NCBI GenBank assembly: GCA_014382365.1
Contig: JACNJW010000044.1
Coordinates: 7,368 to 71,367 of the forward strand
DNA length: 64,000 nt
Direction: 5' to 3'
Origin: SAR324 cluster bacterium
GTDB lineage: Bacteria; SAR324; NAC60-12
Position 1 is the first letter of the stretch, and each line of letters starts with the position of its first letter. The translations under genes were made by a program, and so were the position numbers. The notes under the pieces were generated by a model. The model had not been told where the DNA came from, did not search any database, and saw only the letters and a list, made by a program, of their open reading frames with translations. Below are positions 1-9,470 of this stretch, piece after piece.

Positions 1-1
1 C

Positions 2-1822
2 GAGAATGGGCCTCGTAAATTTAAGTTCAGTACTATTTTCGAATTTTTCAAACAGAAGCAGCAGTCGCTAACTGTGCATCGGGGACATTATTTAGCAGAA
101 GGTGTTACAGTCTCATCCTTCCAGCCAATGCGCCCTATTCCCTTCAAAGCAGTTTTTATACTGGGCCTGGGTGAGGGCTTATTTCCTACACCATACCAGC
201 GCGACACTCTGGATTTGCGGCACATACCCATCAACCTGATTCCTGAAGTAGAAGGACAGACTTTAAAAGAACGGCAACTGGGTGATGTTTCGGTGACAGA
301 ACGTGACCGTTATATGTTTTTAGAAACGCTGGTTTCAACACGCAGGCATCTGGTACTGAGTTATGTTTCGCGTAACGACCGGACTGATGATGAGCTTAAT
401 CCTTCCTCAATCATCCAAACTTTAATCGACGAACTTGACAGCGGATATTTAAAAACCAAATTTGAGAAAACCCGGCATCCGCTAAAATCATATTCTCAAG
501 AGTATTTTCCGGAGCTTGCAGAAGTTCAAACTGACTCTGTTAAAAGCACAGATTCAAAACAACAGACCGAGCTGCCGAATTATGATCCTGTAGCATTTCG
601 TCAAGCCCGGGCCTACAGGATGCGGGAGCTGTTTGAACAGCAGTTTTCCGGTAGTGGAACTTCCGGAAAATTTCAGCGAATTTCTCCGGACTGGCTTCCG
701 GCAGAATTAAAACAAGAATTAGCTGCGGGTACTTTCCAGCTGAGTACATCCCAAACTGCTGCGGAAAAAGTGCCTGCGACTGTTACATTATCACGGCTCC
801 GGAAATTTTTAGAATCTCCCCTGCAGTCTTCTGCCGGTTATCTGCTGGGTCTTGCCGAAGATGATGAAGAACTTGGTGACAAAATTAATGAACCGCTTGT
901 TTTAGAGCGCCTCAGTGAATGGGGACTACTGAGAAAAATCTGGGACAGCGGATTAACTGCAGTTGAAGATAACACAGAACAGAAAGCACAACCTGATTGG
1001 CAGCAGCTTTATCAACTGCAGACAGAGCGTTTGGCCTTGTCTGGAGAAATGCCGGCCAGTATTTTCAGGGAAGCAATGCAGATCCGGCATCTCAGAATTC
1101 TCAATAGCTGGCAGAAACAACTCACTGCAGTGCTCAAAACAGACTGGCCGAGTCTGCAGAAAAATCTCTGCCGCTTTCATTTTGGTGCAGTCAGAGAAAA
1201 TGAAATTAAATCCGGAATGAACAGTACTCACCAAGTCCAGCCTGCACTCCGTCTGCAAAATATCAGTACCGACTTATCAGATGCAAATAAAATATTACCT
1301 GAAATAGAGGGAAAAACAGAATGGTGGTATACTGCGGATGCTGCAGAATGGTCTGTAATTTATCTCAGTGAACGTCAAAGCAAGGACAAAGTCTGGCTGC
1401 GGCATTTTTTGGATCTGCTGCTGTTGCGTGCAGCAAAAATTATTCCTGACAATGTCAGCATCAAAGCCTTGTCTGTTGCACCGGAAGGCAAGCTAAAAAC
1501 AAAAACAATTTTACTGCCTGCAGTTGATGAGGCACAGGTTTATCTGGCAAATTTAATGCAGGAGATGAATACTGACAATGCAGCAGTTCTGATGCCGGTC
1601 GAAGCTGTGCTTGAACTGGCAAAAGAAAATTTGTCTGCAGCAGACTACAATCCGCGCTTCAGAGAGTGGATGCAGCTCAAACTAAACTCATCTGCAGAAA
1701 ATCTTGGAATCAGTTCACAGTATGGTCCGGTAAAATTTTTAGAAGACGCAGCTTTTCCGGAGAATGCTTTTCAACTGGTCAAGCAGCGTTTTGATTTATT
1801 TTTTGCAACCGTTCTGTCCTGA
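2..1822 (+). CDS. recC: Exodeoxyribonuclease V gamma subunit RecC, C-terminal ~600 aa; 5' end lies outside the window
   Basis: The frame is open from nt 2, with no stop before the GTG at 74 used by the ORF track. Motifs MRPIPFKAVFILGLGEGLFP and ERDRYMFLETLVSTRRHLVLSYVSRND match the conserved RecC core as I remember it from E. coli RecC. Confidence 0.8.
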   Translation, partial: ENGPRKFKFSTIFEFFKQKQQSLTVHRGHYLAEGVTVSSFQPMRPIPFKAVFILGLGEGLFPTPYQRDTLDLRHIPINLIPEVEGQTLKERQLGDVSVTERDRYMFLETLVSTRRHLVLSYVSRNDRTDDELNPSSIIQTLIDELDSGYLKTKFEKTRHPLKSYSQEYFPELAEVQTDSVKSTDSKQQTELPNYDPVAFRQARAYRMRELFEQQFSGSGTSGKFQRISPDWLPAELKQELAAGTFQLSTSQTAAEKVPATVTLSRLRKFLESPLQSSAGYLLGLAEDDEELGDKINEPLVLERLSEWGLLRKIWDSGLTAVEDNTEQKAQPDWQQLYQLQTERLALSGEMPASIFREAMQIRHLRILNSWQKQLTAVLKTDWPSLQKNLCRFHFGAVRENEIKSGMNSTHQVQPALRLQNISTDLSDANKILPEIEGKTEWWYTADAAEWSVIYLSERQSKDKVWLRHFLDLLLLRAAKIIPDNVSIKALSVAPEGKLKTKTILLPAVDEAQVYLANLMQEMNTDNAAVLMPVEAVLELAKENLSAADYNPRFREWMQLKLNSSAENLGISSQYGPVKFLEDAAFPENAFQLVKQRFDLFFATVLS

Positions 1823-1836
1823 AGATAAAAGTAACA

Positions 1837-2655
1837 ATGGAAAATCATCTCAAAAAAATGCAGGAGTTGCTGGCAGCAGGAACAAGTTTTATTGCCGTCA
1901 CACTGGTTGATGCTAAAGGCAGCACGCCCCGTGCACAGGGTGGACGGATGCTGGTAACTAAAACAGGTCTGCATTCCGGAACAGTTGGAGGAGGTCTGGT
2001 AGAGGCAAAAGCACTAGAATTTGCCGCAGATTTTTTTGCAGAAACCAATCTTGCAGAAAATACAAAATTTGTAGAATGGAATCTCAACCGTGATGCCGGC
2101 ATGAGCTGTGGAGGTTCAGTCAAACTCTTCTTTGAGCGTTTTAATTCTAATCCCTGGGAAATTGTTATTTTTGGTGCAGGTCATGTTGCACAGGCCTTGA
2201 TCCCACTGTTGCTGACTCTGGAATGTCAGCTGAGCTGCATTGACACGCGGGAAGAGTGGCTCAGCAAGCTACCCGACTCTTCAAAATTGAAAAAAATCTG
2301 TGTTGATTCTCTTGCGGACAGTGTTGAAAACATCTCAACAACAGCTTTTTTGCTGATAATGACACAGGGACACAGGAGTGATTTTTTTGTGGCCCAACTT
2401 CTGCTTGCTCGAGAGGGGCAACCTTTTGTAGGAGTTATCGGCAGCCGTTCCAAAGCTGCAACTTTACAACGTGAGCTCAAGAAAGCAGGGCTCAAGAAAG
2501 AACAAACTGAGCGGCTTTTTTGTCCACTCGGTTTTTCTCTTGGTGGAAATCACCCTCAGGAAATTGCTATCAGTATTACTGCTCAATTGCTTTATGAGCG
2601 CGACAAACTTTTTGGAAAATTACATCCACGTAACCCCATTCCCAAACAGACATGA
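1837..2655 (+). CDS. XdhC/CoxI-family molybdenum-cofactor insertion accessory protein
   Basis: N-terminal XdhC-type region (AVTLVDAKGSTPRAQGGRMLV, GTVGGG) plus a C-terminal Rossmann-like IVIFGAGHVAQAL segment. Length of 272 aa is typical. Confidence 0.7.
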   Translation: MENHLKKMQELLAAGTSFIAVTLVDAKGSTPRAQGGRMLVTKTGLHSGTVGGGLVEAKALEFAADFFAETNLAENTKFVEWNLNRDAGMSCGGSVKLFFERFNSNPWEIVIFGAGHVAQALIPLLLTLECQLSCIDTREEWLSKLPDSSKLKKICVDSLADSVENISTTAFLLIMTQGHRSDFFVAQLLLAREGQPFVGVIGSRSKAATLQRELKKAGLKKEQTERLFCPLGFSLGGNHPQEIAISITAQLLYERDKLFGKLHPRNPIPKQT

Positions 2656-3233
2656 ACCACCTGAACATTTCTCTGCCCAAATGGGTTGATTCGTTTTTAG
2701 CAGAATCTCTAAACATAATTCCTGAACCAGAAGCACAAATGCGTTTTGTGCTCACCCTGACTGAACGCAATATCAGAGAAAAAACTGGAGGTCCTTTTGG
2801 TTCTGCAGTTTTTGAAATAAAAACCGGAAAATTAGTTTCTGTTGGCGTTAATGTTGTGGTTGCAGAAAACTGCTCTGCAGCCCATGCAGAAATGATGGCA
2901 CTGATGCTGGCCCAGCAAGAACTGGGAAACTATGATTTGGGTGCAGAAGGTTTTCCGGCACATCGACTGGTAACCAGCGGAAAGATGTGTGCCATGTGTC
3001 TGGGGAATGTTTGCTGGTCCGGAGTCACAGAGGTTTTGTCATCAGCAGAACCGGAGGACGTGGAAGGCATAACAGGTTTTGATGAAGGTCCTACACCTCC
3101 GGATTACAACAACCAACTCCTGCGTCGCGGGATTAATATCGTTCCGGAAATGTTGCGTGACGAAGGCCGTGCTGTGCTGCAGCTTTATGTGGATCTGGAC
3201 GGACCTGTTTATAACGGTAGAGCAAACAGCTGA
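2652..3233 (+). CDS. CMP/dCMP-type zinc deaminase (guanine/nucleoside deaminase-like)
   Basis: Zinc motifs CSAAHAEMMAL (H-A-E) and KMCAMCLG (C-x2-C). The ATG overlaps the xdhC-like stop in an ATGA. Confidence 0.7.
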   Translation: MNHLNISLPKWVDSFLAESLNIIPEPEAQMRFVLTLTERNIREKTGGPFGSAVFEIKTGKLVSVGVNVVVAENCSAAHAEMMALMLAQQELGNYDLGAEGFPAHRLVTSGKMCAMCLGNVCWSGVTEVLSSAEPEDVEGITGFDEGPTPPDYNNQLLRRGINIVPEMLRDEGRAVLQLYVDLDGPVYNGRANS

Positions 3234-3234
3234 G

Positions 3235-4167
3235 TTAAAGTTTGCTCAACTCTTCCACGATTTCTAAAAAAGCGTGAATCATACGTGAATCTCGGCGTTC
3301 ACGCAAACAAACCACATAAGCCTCGGTGTGAACATCCGCATTAACCAGCTGCAATTTTCGCAGCTCCGGATGCTCAAGAAACTCATAATCTGAAACCACT
3401 CCAATTCCCAAACCCCTGGCCACTGCCAGCCAGACTGCTTCCCGGCTACCGATTTCCATCACCGGCTGTATTTTTATTTTTGCCTGCTTCAGTGCTTTTT
3501 CGAAAGCACGGCGTGTGGTGGAACCCGGTTCACGCATGATTACCGACTGCCCTTCCAGTTCCTCAATACGGAGAGTTTTTCGTTCCGCCCAGGGATGTGC
3601 TGAATTTACAAAAACTACCAGCGGTTCCTGACAAAAGGGGATGGACAGCAGACGAGGATCTTCATCTGTTTGTGAAAGAACTGCAACATCCACCTCAAAA
3701 TTGAGCAGACTCTCGAGAATTTCCTGTGAGTTGCCAACAGTAACCGTGATTTTCAGTTGCGGATAACGCTCGTGGAAAACAGCCAGCATTTCCGTCACAT
3801 GGTAAGGACCGACTGCACCAATTCGCAGATGTCCTGCCTGAAAGCCACCTGCGTAATGCAGGATTTCCTGAGCTTCATTTTCTAAAACTTCCATGCGCTG
3901 AGTTACCGCATAAAGTTCCTTTCCTGTTTCCGTCAGCTCAACCCGGCGTCCACGTCGGTGAAAAAGTTCAACGCCGTAATAATCCTCCAATGCCCGGACT
4001 TGTCCCGTAATTGTCGGTTGTCCTACATGCAGTACTTTTGAAGCTGCAGTAAAACCACCTGCTCTGGCTACTGCATGAAAAGAGCGAAGTTGAGTATAAC
4101 TGATTTGTAAAAACAGTGACCCTTGTGTTTCAAGAGTCACTGTTTTAGCTTTGGCAGGTTTTTCCAT
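3235..4167 (-). CDS. LysR-family transcriptional regulator, co-oriented directly downstream of phnX
   Basis: N-terminal LysR HTH (LRSFHAVARAGGFTAASKVLHVGQPTITGQVRALE) followed by a ~200-aa effector domain. There is a 21-nt gap after phnX. Confidence 0.85.
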   Translation of the reverse strand: MEKPAKAKTVTLETQGSLFLQISYTQLRSFHAVARAGGFTAASKVLHVGQPTITGQVRALEDYYGVELFHRRGRRVELTETGKELYAVTQRMEVLENEAQEILHYAGGFQAGHLRIGAVGPYHVTEMLAVFHERYPQLKITVTVGNSQEILESLLNFEVDVAVLSQTDEDPRLLSIPFCQEPLVVFVNSAHPWAERKTLRIEELEGQSVIMREPGSTTRRAFEKALKQAKIKIQPVMEIGSREAVWLAVARGLGIGVVSDYEFLEHPELRKLQLVNADVHTEAYVVCLRERRDSRMIHAFLEIVEELSKL

Positions 4168-4188
4168 CTTGGTTGGGCAAACTCTTAA

Positions 4189-5037
4189 TCAGGGACGTTC
4201 TCCTCTGGAGAGACGCACGTTGATGTCATCAACAACTTCAACAAGTTGGTCAAAAGTGTCAATCACATAATGGGCACCTGCTTTTTGCAGTATATCCCTT
4301 GTTTTATTTAGTCTTCGCTGGATTTCCTCTTCAGGGAGTGAGGCCGCCTCTTCAAGTGTATCCATATCCATGTAGTTGCTGTAACGGGCGATACCTACTC
4401 CCCAACAGCCGGCTTCGAGTGCTTCGCCGACTCCTGAAACGGTATCATCAACTTTGACGACAGACTGAATTGGGCTAATATCCATTAAATCCAAATTCCG
4501 GTAAACCATAAAAGGTTTTGGTCTGGCACCATGAATCACATCGTCTCCTGCCACGGATGCATCCGGAGTGTATCCCTGTTTTTTTGCATCCTCTTCAAGA
4601 ATGTCAACCATGCTTCTGACAAAGCCTGTAGAACTTCCTATCTTGATACCCTCCTTTTGAAATTTTTGGGTAACTTCTGCAACATGTGGAAGAAGGGTGG
4701 TATACTTCCTGAGACAGGCGAGCTGCATTGGAACAAAATCCTTAAACATATCATCTACATCACCTTGATCAGGATATTTGCCGTGTACACCTTTCCAGCG
4801 CTCACGGATTTCCGGAACCTTGGTCAGCTCAAGGATATGAAGGTCCTTACGTAGACCCATCGGGCCTCTTGCTTCCGCCATGCTGATTTCAACATTAAAT
4901 TTCTTAAAAACATCAACAAACACCACTGCAGGTGCAAGTACGTACTCATCTGCGGTAGTGCCGCTCCAGTCCAAAACCAGTCCTTTCACTTTACCGCGAT
5001 AGCCACGAGTGTAAACATAATCATTTTGAATGCTCAT
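4189..5037 (-). CDS. phnX: Phosphonoacetaldehyde hydrolase (phosphonatase), HAD superfamily
   Basis: LVLDWSGTT (HAD motif I), ARGPMGLRK (Schiff-base Lys context), IKIGSSTGF and KVDDTVSG. Start re-picked at MSIQNDY (5037), which has AAGGAG 5 nt upstream; the ORF-track start at 5103 adds 22 non-conserved residues. Confidence 0.85.
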   Translation of the reverse strand: MSIQNDYVYTRGYRGKVKGLVLDWSGTTADEYVLAPAVVFVDVFKKFNVEISMAEARGPMGLRKDLHILELTKVPEIRERWKGVHGKYPDQGDVDDMFKDFVPMQLACLRKYTTLLPHVAEVTQKFQKEGIKIGSSTGFVRSMVDILEEDAKKQGYTPDASVAGDDVIHGARPKPFMVYRNLDLMDISPIQSVVKVDDTVSGVGEALEAGCWGVGIARYSNYMDMDTLEEAASLPEEEIQRRLNKTRDILQKAGAHYVIDTFDQLVEVVDDINVRLSRGERP

Positions 5038-5150
5038 CTTGATCTCCTTCTTGTCCATGAAAAAATTATTTCCGGAATCTCCGGTTACGATTAAAATAAC
5101 CATTCTAACAATAAAATCAATATCTGTATAATATCAATATTGTATCTTAT

Positions 5151-5235
5151 CTATTGATTTAATCAATAGATTGATTTTTTATAAATCACTAACTTAGAAT
5201 TGCAACTGTTGGCTAACTATTGATTTAATCAATCG
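5151..5235. promoter_or_regulatory. Two copies of a 19-bp palindrome in the phnX/phnW divergent spacer; candidate LysR-type operator pair
   Basis: CTATTGATT-T-AATCAATAG (5151-5169, 9-bp arms) and CTATTGATT-T-AATCAATCG (5217-5235), 66 bp apart. The inner TTGATTTAATCAA fits T-N11-A. An extra ATTGATT half-site follows the first copy. Confidence 0.5.
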
Positions 5236-5342
5236 AAAGAATTGCTTATTTGCATTTTACAGATAAGTAAATCTTTAGTAAGATTTAACAATATAAATGC
5301 AAAACTCACCCTCTATTCTCAACAGTCCAAGCAAAAATTCAC

Positions 5343-6449
5343 ATGAAACGTAATATCCTTCTCAATCCCGGACCGGCTACTACTACAGACAGCGTCAAAC
5401 AAGCACTTGTGGTTCCTGATATTTGTCCCCGCGAACAGGAATTTGGCGATCTCACTCAGGCTGTGCTGAAAAAAGTAGTAGCGGTGGTCAACGGTGAATC
5501 CACTCACAGCACAGTCATTTTTGCAGGCTCCGGTACTGCCGGAGTCGAAGCGGCTTTAAGTTCCGTTGTGCCAAAGGATGGTAAAATTCTGCTCCTCGAT
5601 AATGGTGCTTACGGAAAACGCGCAGAAACGATTATTCAGGCTTACGGCATTTCTCACCGGACTTACAGAATCGGCTGGGGTGAATTTCCGGACATCACGG
5701 AAATCGAAACAATTCTGAAACAGGACCGAGAACTGACGCATTTTGCTTTTGTGCATCACGAAACAACAACCGGAATGTTGAATCCGTTGCCGGAACTGCT
5801 GGAACTCTGCCAAAAATATGAAGTGGATTCGATAGTGGACGCCATGTCATCTTATGCCGGACTGCCGATTGACCTGCGAGAACTGCCGATCGATTTCTTA
5901 ATTTCTTCTTCAAATAAGTGCATACAGGGAATGGCAGGTACAAGTTTTGTGATTGCCAACAGGGAAAAACTTGCCAAAACTGAAACTATTCCTGCGCGAA
6001 ACCTTTACCTCAATTTGTGGGGCAATCACAGTTATATTGAAAAAACAGGCCAGTTTCAGTTCACTCCACCAGTACAGATTGTTTATGCACTCAACACTGC
6101 CCTCGATGAGTTTTTTGTCGAAACACAAGCTGGACGTACCGCCCGCTATTTCAAAGCTTATGAAACTTTGCTGGAAGGTCTTGAAGAAGTTGGTTTAGAA
6201 CTCCTCCTGCCAAAATCTCAACATTCCAAGCTCTTGACTGCCATCGTAGAACCCCAGTCAGCCAACTACAATTTCATGGAGATGCACGATTATTTTTATC
6301 AAAACGACATCACAATTTATCCTGGAAAGGGTGCCAAACAGGATACTTTCCGAATTGCAAATATTGGTGAAATTGATTATCGTGACATGCAGCTTTTCAA
6401 TCAAAAACTGCTTCAGTATTTTGAGGAAAATAATATTTCCCCTGTTTAG
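5343..6449 (+). CDS. phnW: 2-aminoethylphosphonate:pyruvate aminotransferase
   Basis: LLNPGPATTT, VHHETTTGMLNP, VDAMSSYAG, ISSSNKCIQG (PLP Lys) and FRIANIGE closely follow the PhnW pattern. Confidence 0.9.
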   Translation: MKRNILLNPGPATTTDSVKQALVVPDICPREQEFGDLTQAVLKKVVAVVNGESTHSTVIFAGSGTAGVEAALSSVVPKDGKILLLDNGAYGKRAETIIQAYGISHRTYRIGWGEFPDITEIETILKQDRELTHFAFVHHETTTGMLNPLPELLELCQKYEVDSIVDAMSSYAGLPIDLRELPIDFLISSSNKCIQGMAGTSFVIANREKLAKTETIPARNLYLNLWGNHSYIEKTGQFQFTPPVQIVYALNTALDEFFVETQAGRTARYFKAYETLLEGLEEVGLELLLPKSQHSKLLTAIVEPQSANYNFMEMHDYFYQNDITIYPGKGAKQDTFRIANIGEIDYRDMQLFNQKLLQYFEENNISPV

Positions 6450-7131
6450 TTGCATAGTTCACATGCTGTTTTGACGGGAATACTGGTTCAAAATTTAATC
6501 TTTGGACCTGAATGAAGAGCCGTCTCCTCTCGTAGAAATGCTGCATCTATTGCAGATGTTTACTGAGTTTTTCCACATAGATACTATTTCTCTACCCAAG
6601 CATTTTCATTACTTCCATTCTTCTGTTTGCAGCTTTCATGGAGAAAATGAATAAATCCTTGATTAAAAATGAGAACAGTAGAACATTTCCTTTATTACAT
6701 TCACAACTTGTCACTACAAAAATACATTATCCTAAATTACTTTTTGTTTCTAAACTAATTGTCAATGGATTTTCGTTGAGTCTATAAAAATATAATTTTA
6801 AGATAATGAGTATATAGTCATATAACATGTGTATTTAGTCAAATATAAAGTTGACAAGGGAAAATATTCTGTAATACTGGAGGGAAAAAATCCAGCTAGT
6901 TAGTTTTTTATACATTGTAGAATCATGGTTTGCTTTTACTCCGGATCATTGATTCACTGCGATCTCAAGACAGCTGAAAAAGCTAATATTTAACAATTTG
7001 CTTGCCTTTATTCCTAGTTGTTTGTACTGTTGCCCAGACAAAATGATTCATCGTGAAAGTACTAACTGAAAATATTAATACAGCAACCGAAGGCTGAAAC
7101 CGTTTTTCAAAAAATTACGATCGTATTTTTC

Positions 7132-7160
7132 TTGACATTTGTTTGCCTTATCTTAATAAT
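7132..7160 (+). promoter_or_regulatory. Candidate sigma-70 promoter for the Opp/Dpp-type ABC operon
   Basis: TTGACA (7132-7137), 17-nt spacer, AATAAT (7155-7160), about 155 nt upstream of the ATG at 7314. Confidence 0.4.
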
Positions 7161-7177
7161 TAACCTGCTGTTTTAAC

Positions 7178-7200
7178 AACTGAGACTCTAAGTCTCAGTT
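7178..7200. promoter_or_regulatory. Perfect 23-bp palindrome / 10-bp-stem hairpin immediately downstream of the candidate promoter
   Basis: AACTGAGACT-CTA-AGTCTCAGTT, followed by TT C. It could be an operator, a 5' stem-loop or an attenuator. Confidence 0.5.
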
Positions 7201-7313
7201 TTCTGTGGTCTTTCTGAATGTCAGATCAAATTGACCATTAGTTCATCTGCAGCCAGTCATAGTGATTTGTTTGCAGAAACATCTGGCTTAATCAATCATG
7301 AGGAGAGAGCATC

Positions 7314-9389
7314 ATGCTTTACTTTAAGATTAAAAAAACACTGATGGGTGCGGGCCTTACCGCAGCATCCATCCTGCTGCTGGCTTCAGCAAATACGGTC
7401 TGGGCTGGATGCCCAGCGGCTACTGTTGCGGATATGAAAGGTGTCAGCGCCGGACAATTTCCGCAACAATATGAACTCGCCGAGTTCGAGAAACTTGCTG
7501 GATGCAAAATGACCTTCCAAGGTAATCCGGATATTGCCAGCCTAAATGGTAAGATTCGGGGTAACCCAGGTTCGGTTCCTGCAGTTGCAGATCGACTGCC
7601 ATCTGAGCCGTTGGTCGTTGTGCCTTATCATTCTATCGGGCGTTACGGAGGAACTTATAATAACCTGTCGAATGCACCTGAAGCTGGTACAGCCGGTTTT
7701 ATGTCGGTTCGACACGTCAATTTAGTGCGTTACTCTGACGACCTGCAGACAATCGTCCCAATGGTTGCCAAAGGTTGGAAGTGGAACAGCGATTTCACCC
7801 AGTTGACCTTTTATTTGCGTAAAGGCCACAGGTGGTCTGACGGTCACCCCTTCACTGCCGAAGATGTTAAATACTGGTATGATAATTTGGCACTTAACAA
7901 AGATGTGATTGCTAAAACCAAAGACTATGCACTAGTCGCTGGTAAACGCATGAATGTCGTAGTTGTTAACGCACAAACTGTGCGTTTTGAATTACCTGCA
8001 CCAAAACCTGGATTGTTGTCTCACTTTGCTTCATCATTTGCTCAGGGTTTCCAGCCCAAGCATTTCTTGAGCAAATGGGATCCTAAGCTGAATCCAAATG
8101 CAGATAAACTAGCCAAAGCAGCCGGTTATAAAAATGGTTTGGATGTCCTATCAGCTTATTTCGGTAATTCCGATTGGATGGACACACCAACACCAATGCT
8201 TAAAACACCTAAATTGGCAGGTAGATTACCAGCAGATACAACACCAACTTTGGAGTCTCACATCTATGTTGCAGATTCTCCTGATGGTCGTCACTTAGTT
8301 GCAAATCCGTATTTCTTCCAAGTTGATACTCGAGGCCAACAATTGCCTTACATCAATGAGCAGGATGAGATCTATGTCAGCGATAATGAAGTTCGAATGC
8401 TGAAATTGGTCAACGGTGAAGTCACATTTAAGTCGCAGACTTTACAACTTGCAATGGCGCCTCTTCTGTTGGAAAAACAAGATGCAGGCAAATACAGGGT
8501 TCAGTTGAAACCTGAAATTGCAGCACCGACTTTCACATTCAATGTTACTTCAGAAAACCTTGAAAAGCGTAAAGTCTTTGGTGATTTGCGATTCCGCCAA
8601 GCCATGTCTCTAGCCATGGACCGTAATGAAATCAATGAAGTTGCTTTCTTCGGACAAGGTGTGCCACAGCAGTATGTGGGTTTTTCACCTTCTCCAGACT
8701 TTATTGAAAAGAAATGGTTAAATCATTTAACAACTTTTGATCCTGCTAAAGCTAAAGCATTACTGGACGAAGTCGGTTTGAAAGATGTTGATGGTGACGG
8801 CTTCCGTGAGTTACCAAATGGTGAGAAACTAGTTCTTAATCTTCAGTTTGCAACTCAAGGAATTGCAGGTGAAGTGGTTGAACTGGTTGGTCAACAATGG
8901 TCCAATGTCGGGGTTAAATCAACTGTTAAAGAGGTAACATCAGATGAGTTCCGCTCTGCACAGTCCTCCAACAAACTTGATGTTGGAATGTGGCGCAAAG
9001 GACTTCCTCTGCCAATTGTGCAAGGAAACAACGCTCCGTTTGTTCCTCCGTTTGAAACTTATTTCTTCCTGCGTACAGGAATGTTATGGGCTGAATACAT
9101 AGATTCGAACGGTGCAAAAGGTGTTAAACCTCCAGCATATGTATATCAGATGATTGATGATATTAATGCTTTCCAGTCTGAACCAGCAGGTACAGCCAAA
9201 TCAGATAAGATTGGCGCACGCCTGGTTGCGAATATGACTGGTAATATGTTGTTTATTGGTACAGTCTTAGCTACTGGTCCAATTTATCATCACAACAGTC
9301 TGAAGAATGTTACTGAGTTCAAGACGCACTCTTACGAGTACTATTGGAACTTACCTTATCGTGGTACTCAATGGTATTTAGATAAGTAA
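7314..9389 (+). CDS. ABC transporter substrate-binding protein, family 5 (DppA/OppA-type), unusually large (691 aa)
   Basis: Signal peptide (AASILLLASANTVWA-GC) and AGGAG 8 nt upstream. General family-5 SBP pattern, with cognate DppBCDF-type genes directly downstream. Ligand unknown. Confidence 0.75.
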   Translation: MLYFKIKKTLMGAGLTAASILLLASANTVWAGCPAATVADMKGVSAGQFPQQYELAEFEKLAGCKMTFQGNPDIASLNGKIRGNPGSVPAVADRLPSEPLVVVPYHSIGRYGGTYNNLSNAPEAGTAGFMSVRHVNLVRYSDDLQTIVPMVAKGWKWNSDFTQLTFYLRKGHRWSDGHPFTAEDVKYWYDNLALNKDVIAKTKDYALVAGKRMNVVVVNAQTVRFELPAPKPGLLSHFASSFAQGFQPKHFLSKWDPKLNPNADKLAKAAGYKNGLDVLSAYFGNSDWMDTPTPMLKTPKLAGRLPADTTPTLESHIYVADSPDGRHLVANPYFFQVDTRGQQLPYINEQDEIYVSDNEVRMLKLVNGEVTFKSQTLQLAMAPLLLEKQDAGKYRVQLKPEIAAPTFTFNVTSENLEKRKVFGDLRFRQAMSLAMDRNEINEVAFFGQGVPQQYVGFSPSPDFIEKKWLNHLTTFDPAKAKALLDEVGLKDVDGDGFRELPNGEKLVLNLQFATQGIAGEVVELVGQQWSNVGVKSTVKEVTSDEFRSAQSSNKLDVGMWRKGLPLPIVQGNNAPFVPPFETYFFLRTGMLWAEYIDSNGAKGVKPPAYVYQMIDDINAFQSEPAGTAKSDKIGARLVANMTGNMLFIGTVLATGPIYHHNSLKNVTEFKTHSYEYYWNLPYRGTQWYLDK

Positions 9390-9406
9390 GACCTCATTAA
9401 TTTTAT

Positions 9407-9437
9407 AAAACCGGGTTATTAATAGCCCGGTTTTTTC
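9407..9437 (+). terminator. Intrinsic terminator/attenuator after the SBP gene
   Basis: AAAACCGGG-ttattaatag-CCCGGTTTT followed by a T run, 18 nt after the stop. This is the classic placement for raising the SBP:permease ratio. Confidence 0.7.
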
Positions 9438-9470
9438 CTTTTCGAAATTGCTTCCAGTTAACACCCTAAA

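Noticed and set aside
5038-5103. N-terminal extensions in the ORF track (phnX 5103, ATPase 18255, leuB 33171, iscA-like 26229, FeS 55344, polyferredoxin 53410, hydrolase 45130, miaA 46671)
   Set aside because: The extensions overlap upstream genes or add non-conserved residues. Internal starts align with the conserved N-termini of each family and often have an RBS. Coordinates shown are for the phnX case.
6638-6787. 49-codon ORF (MEKMNKSLIKNENS...) in the long phnW/ABC spacer
   Set aside because: It has no RBS and AT-driven composition. It is indistinguishable from chance in an AT-rich spacer.
6450-7313. Pho boxes (CTGTCAT-N4-CTGTCAT) upstream of the ABC operon, phnW and phnD-like genes
   Set aside because: The best candidates (for example CTGTGGTCTTTCTGAATG at about 7203-7220, and CTGTACAATCA at about 26790) match only one half-site. 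They are not supportable without a matrix scan.
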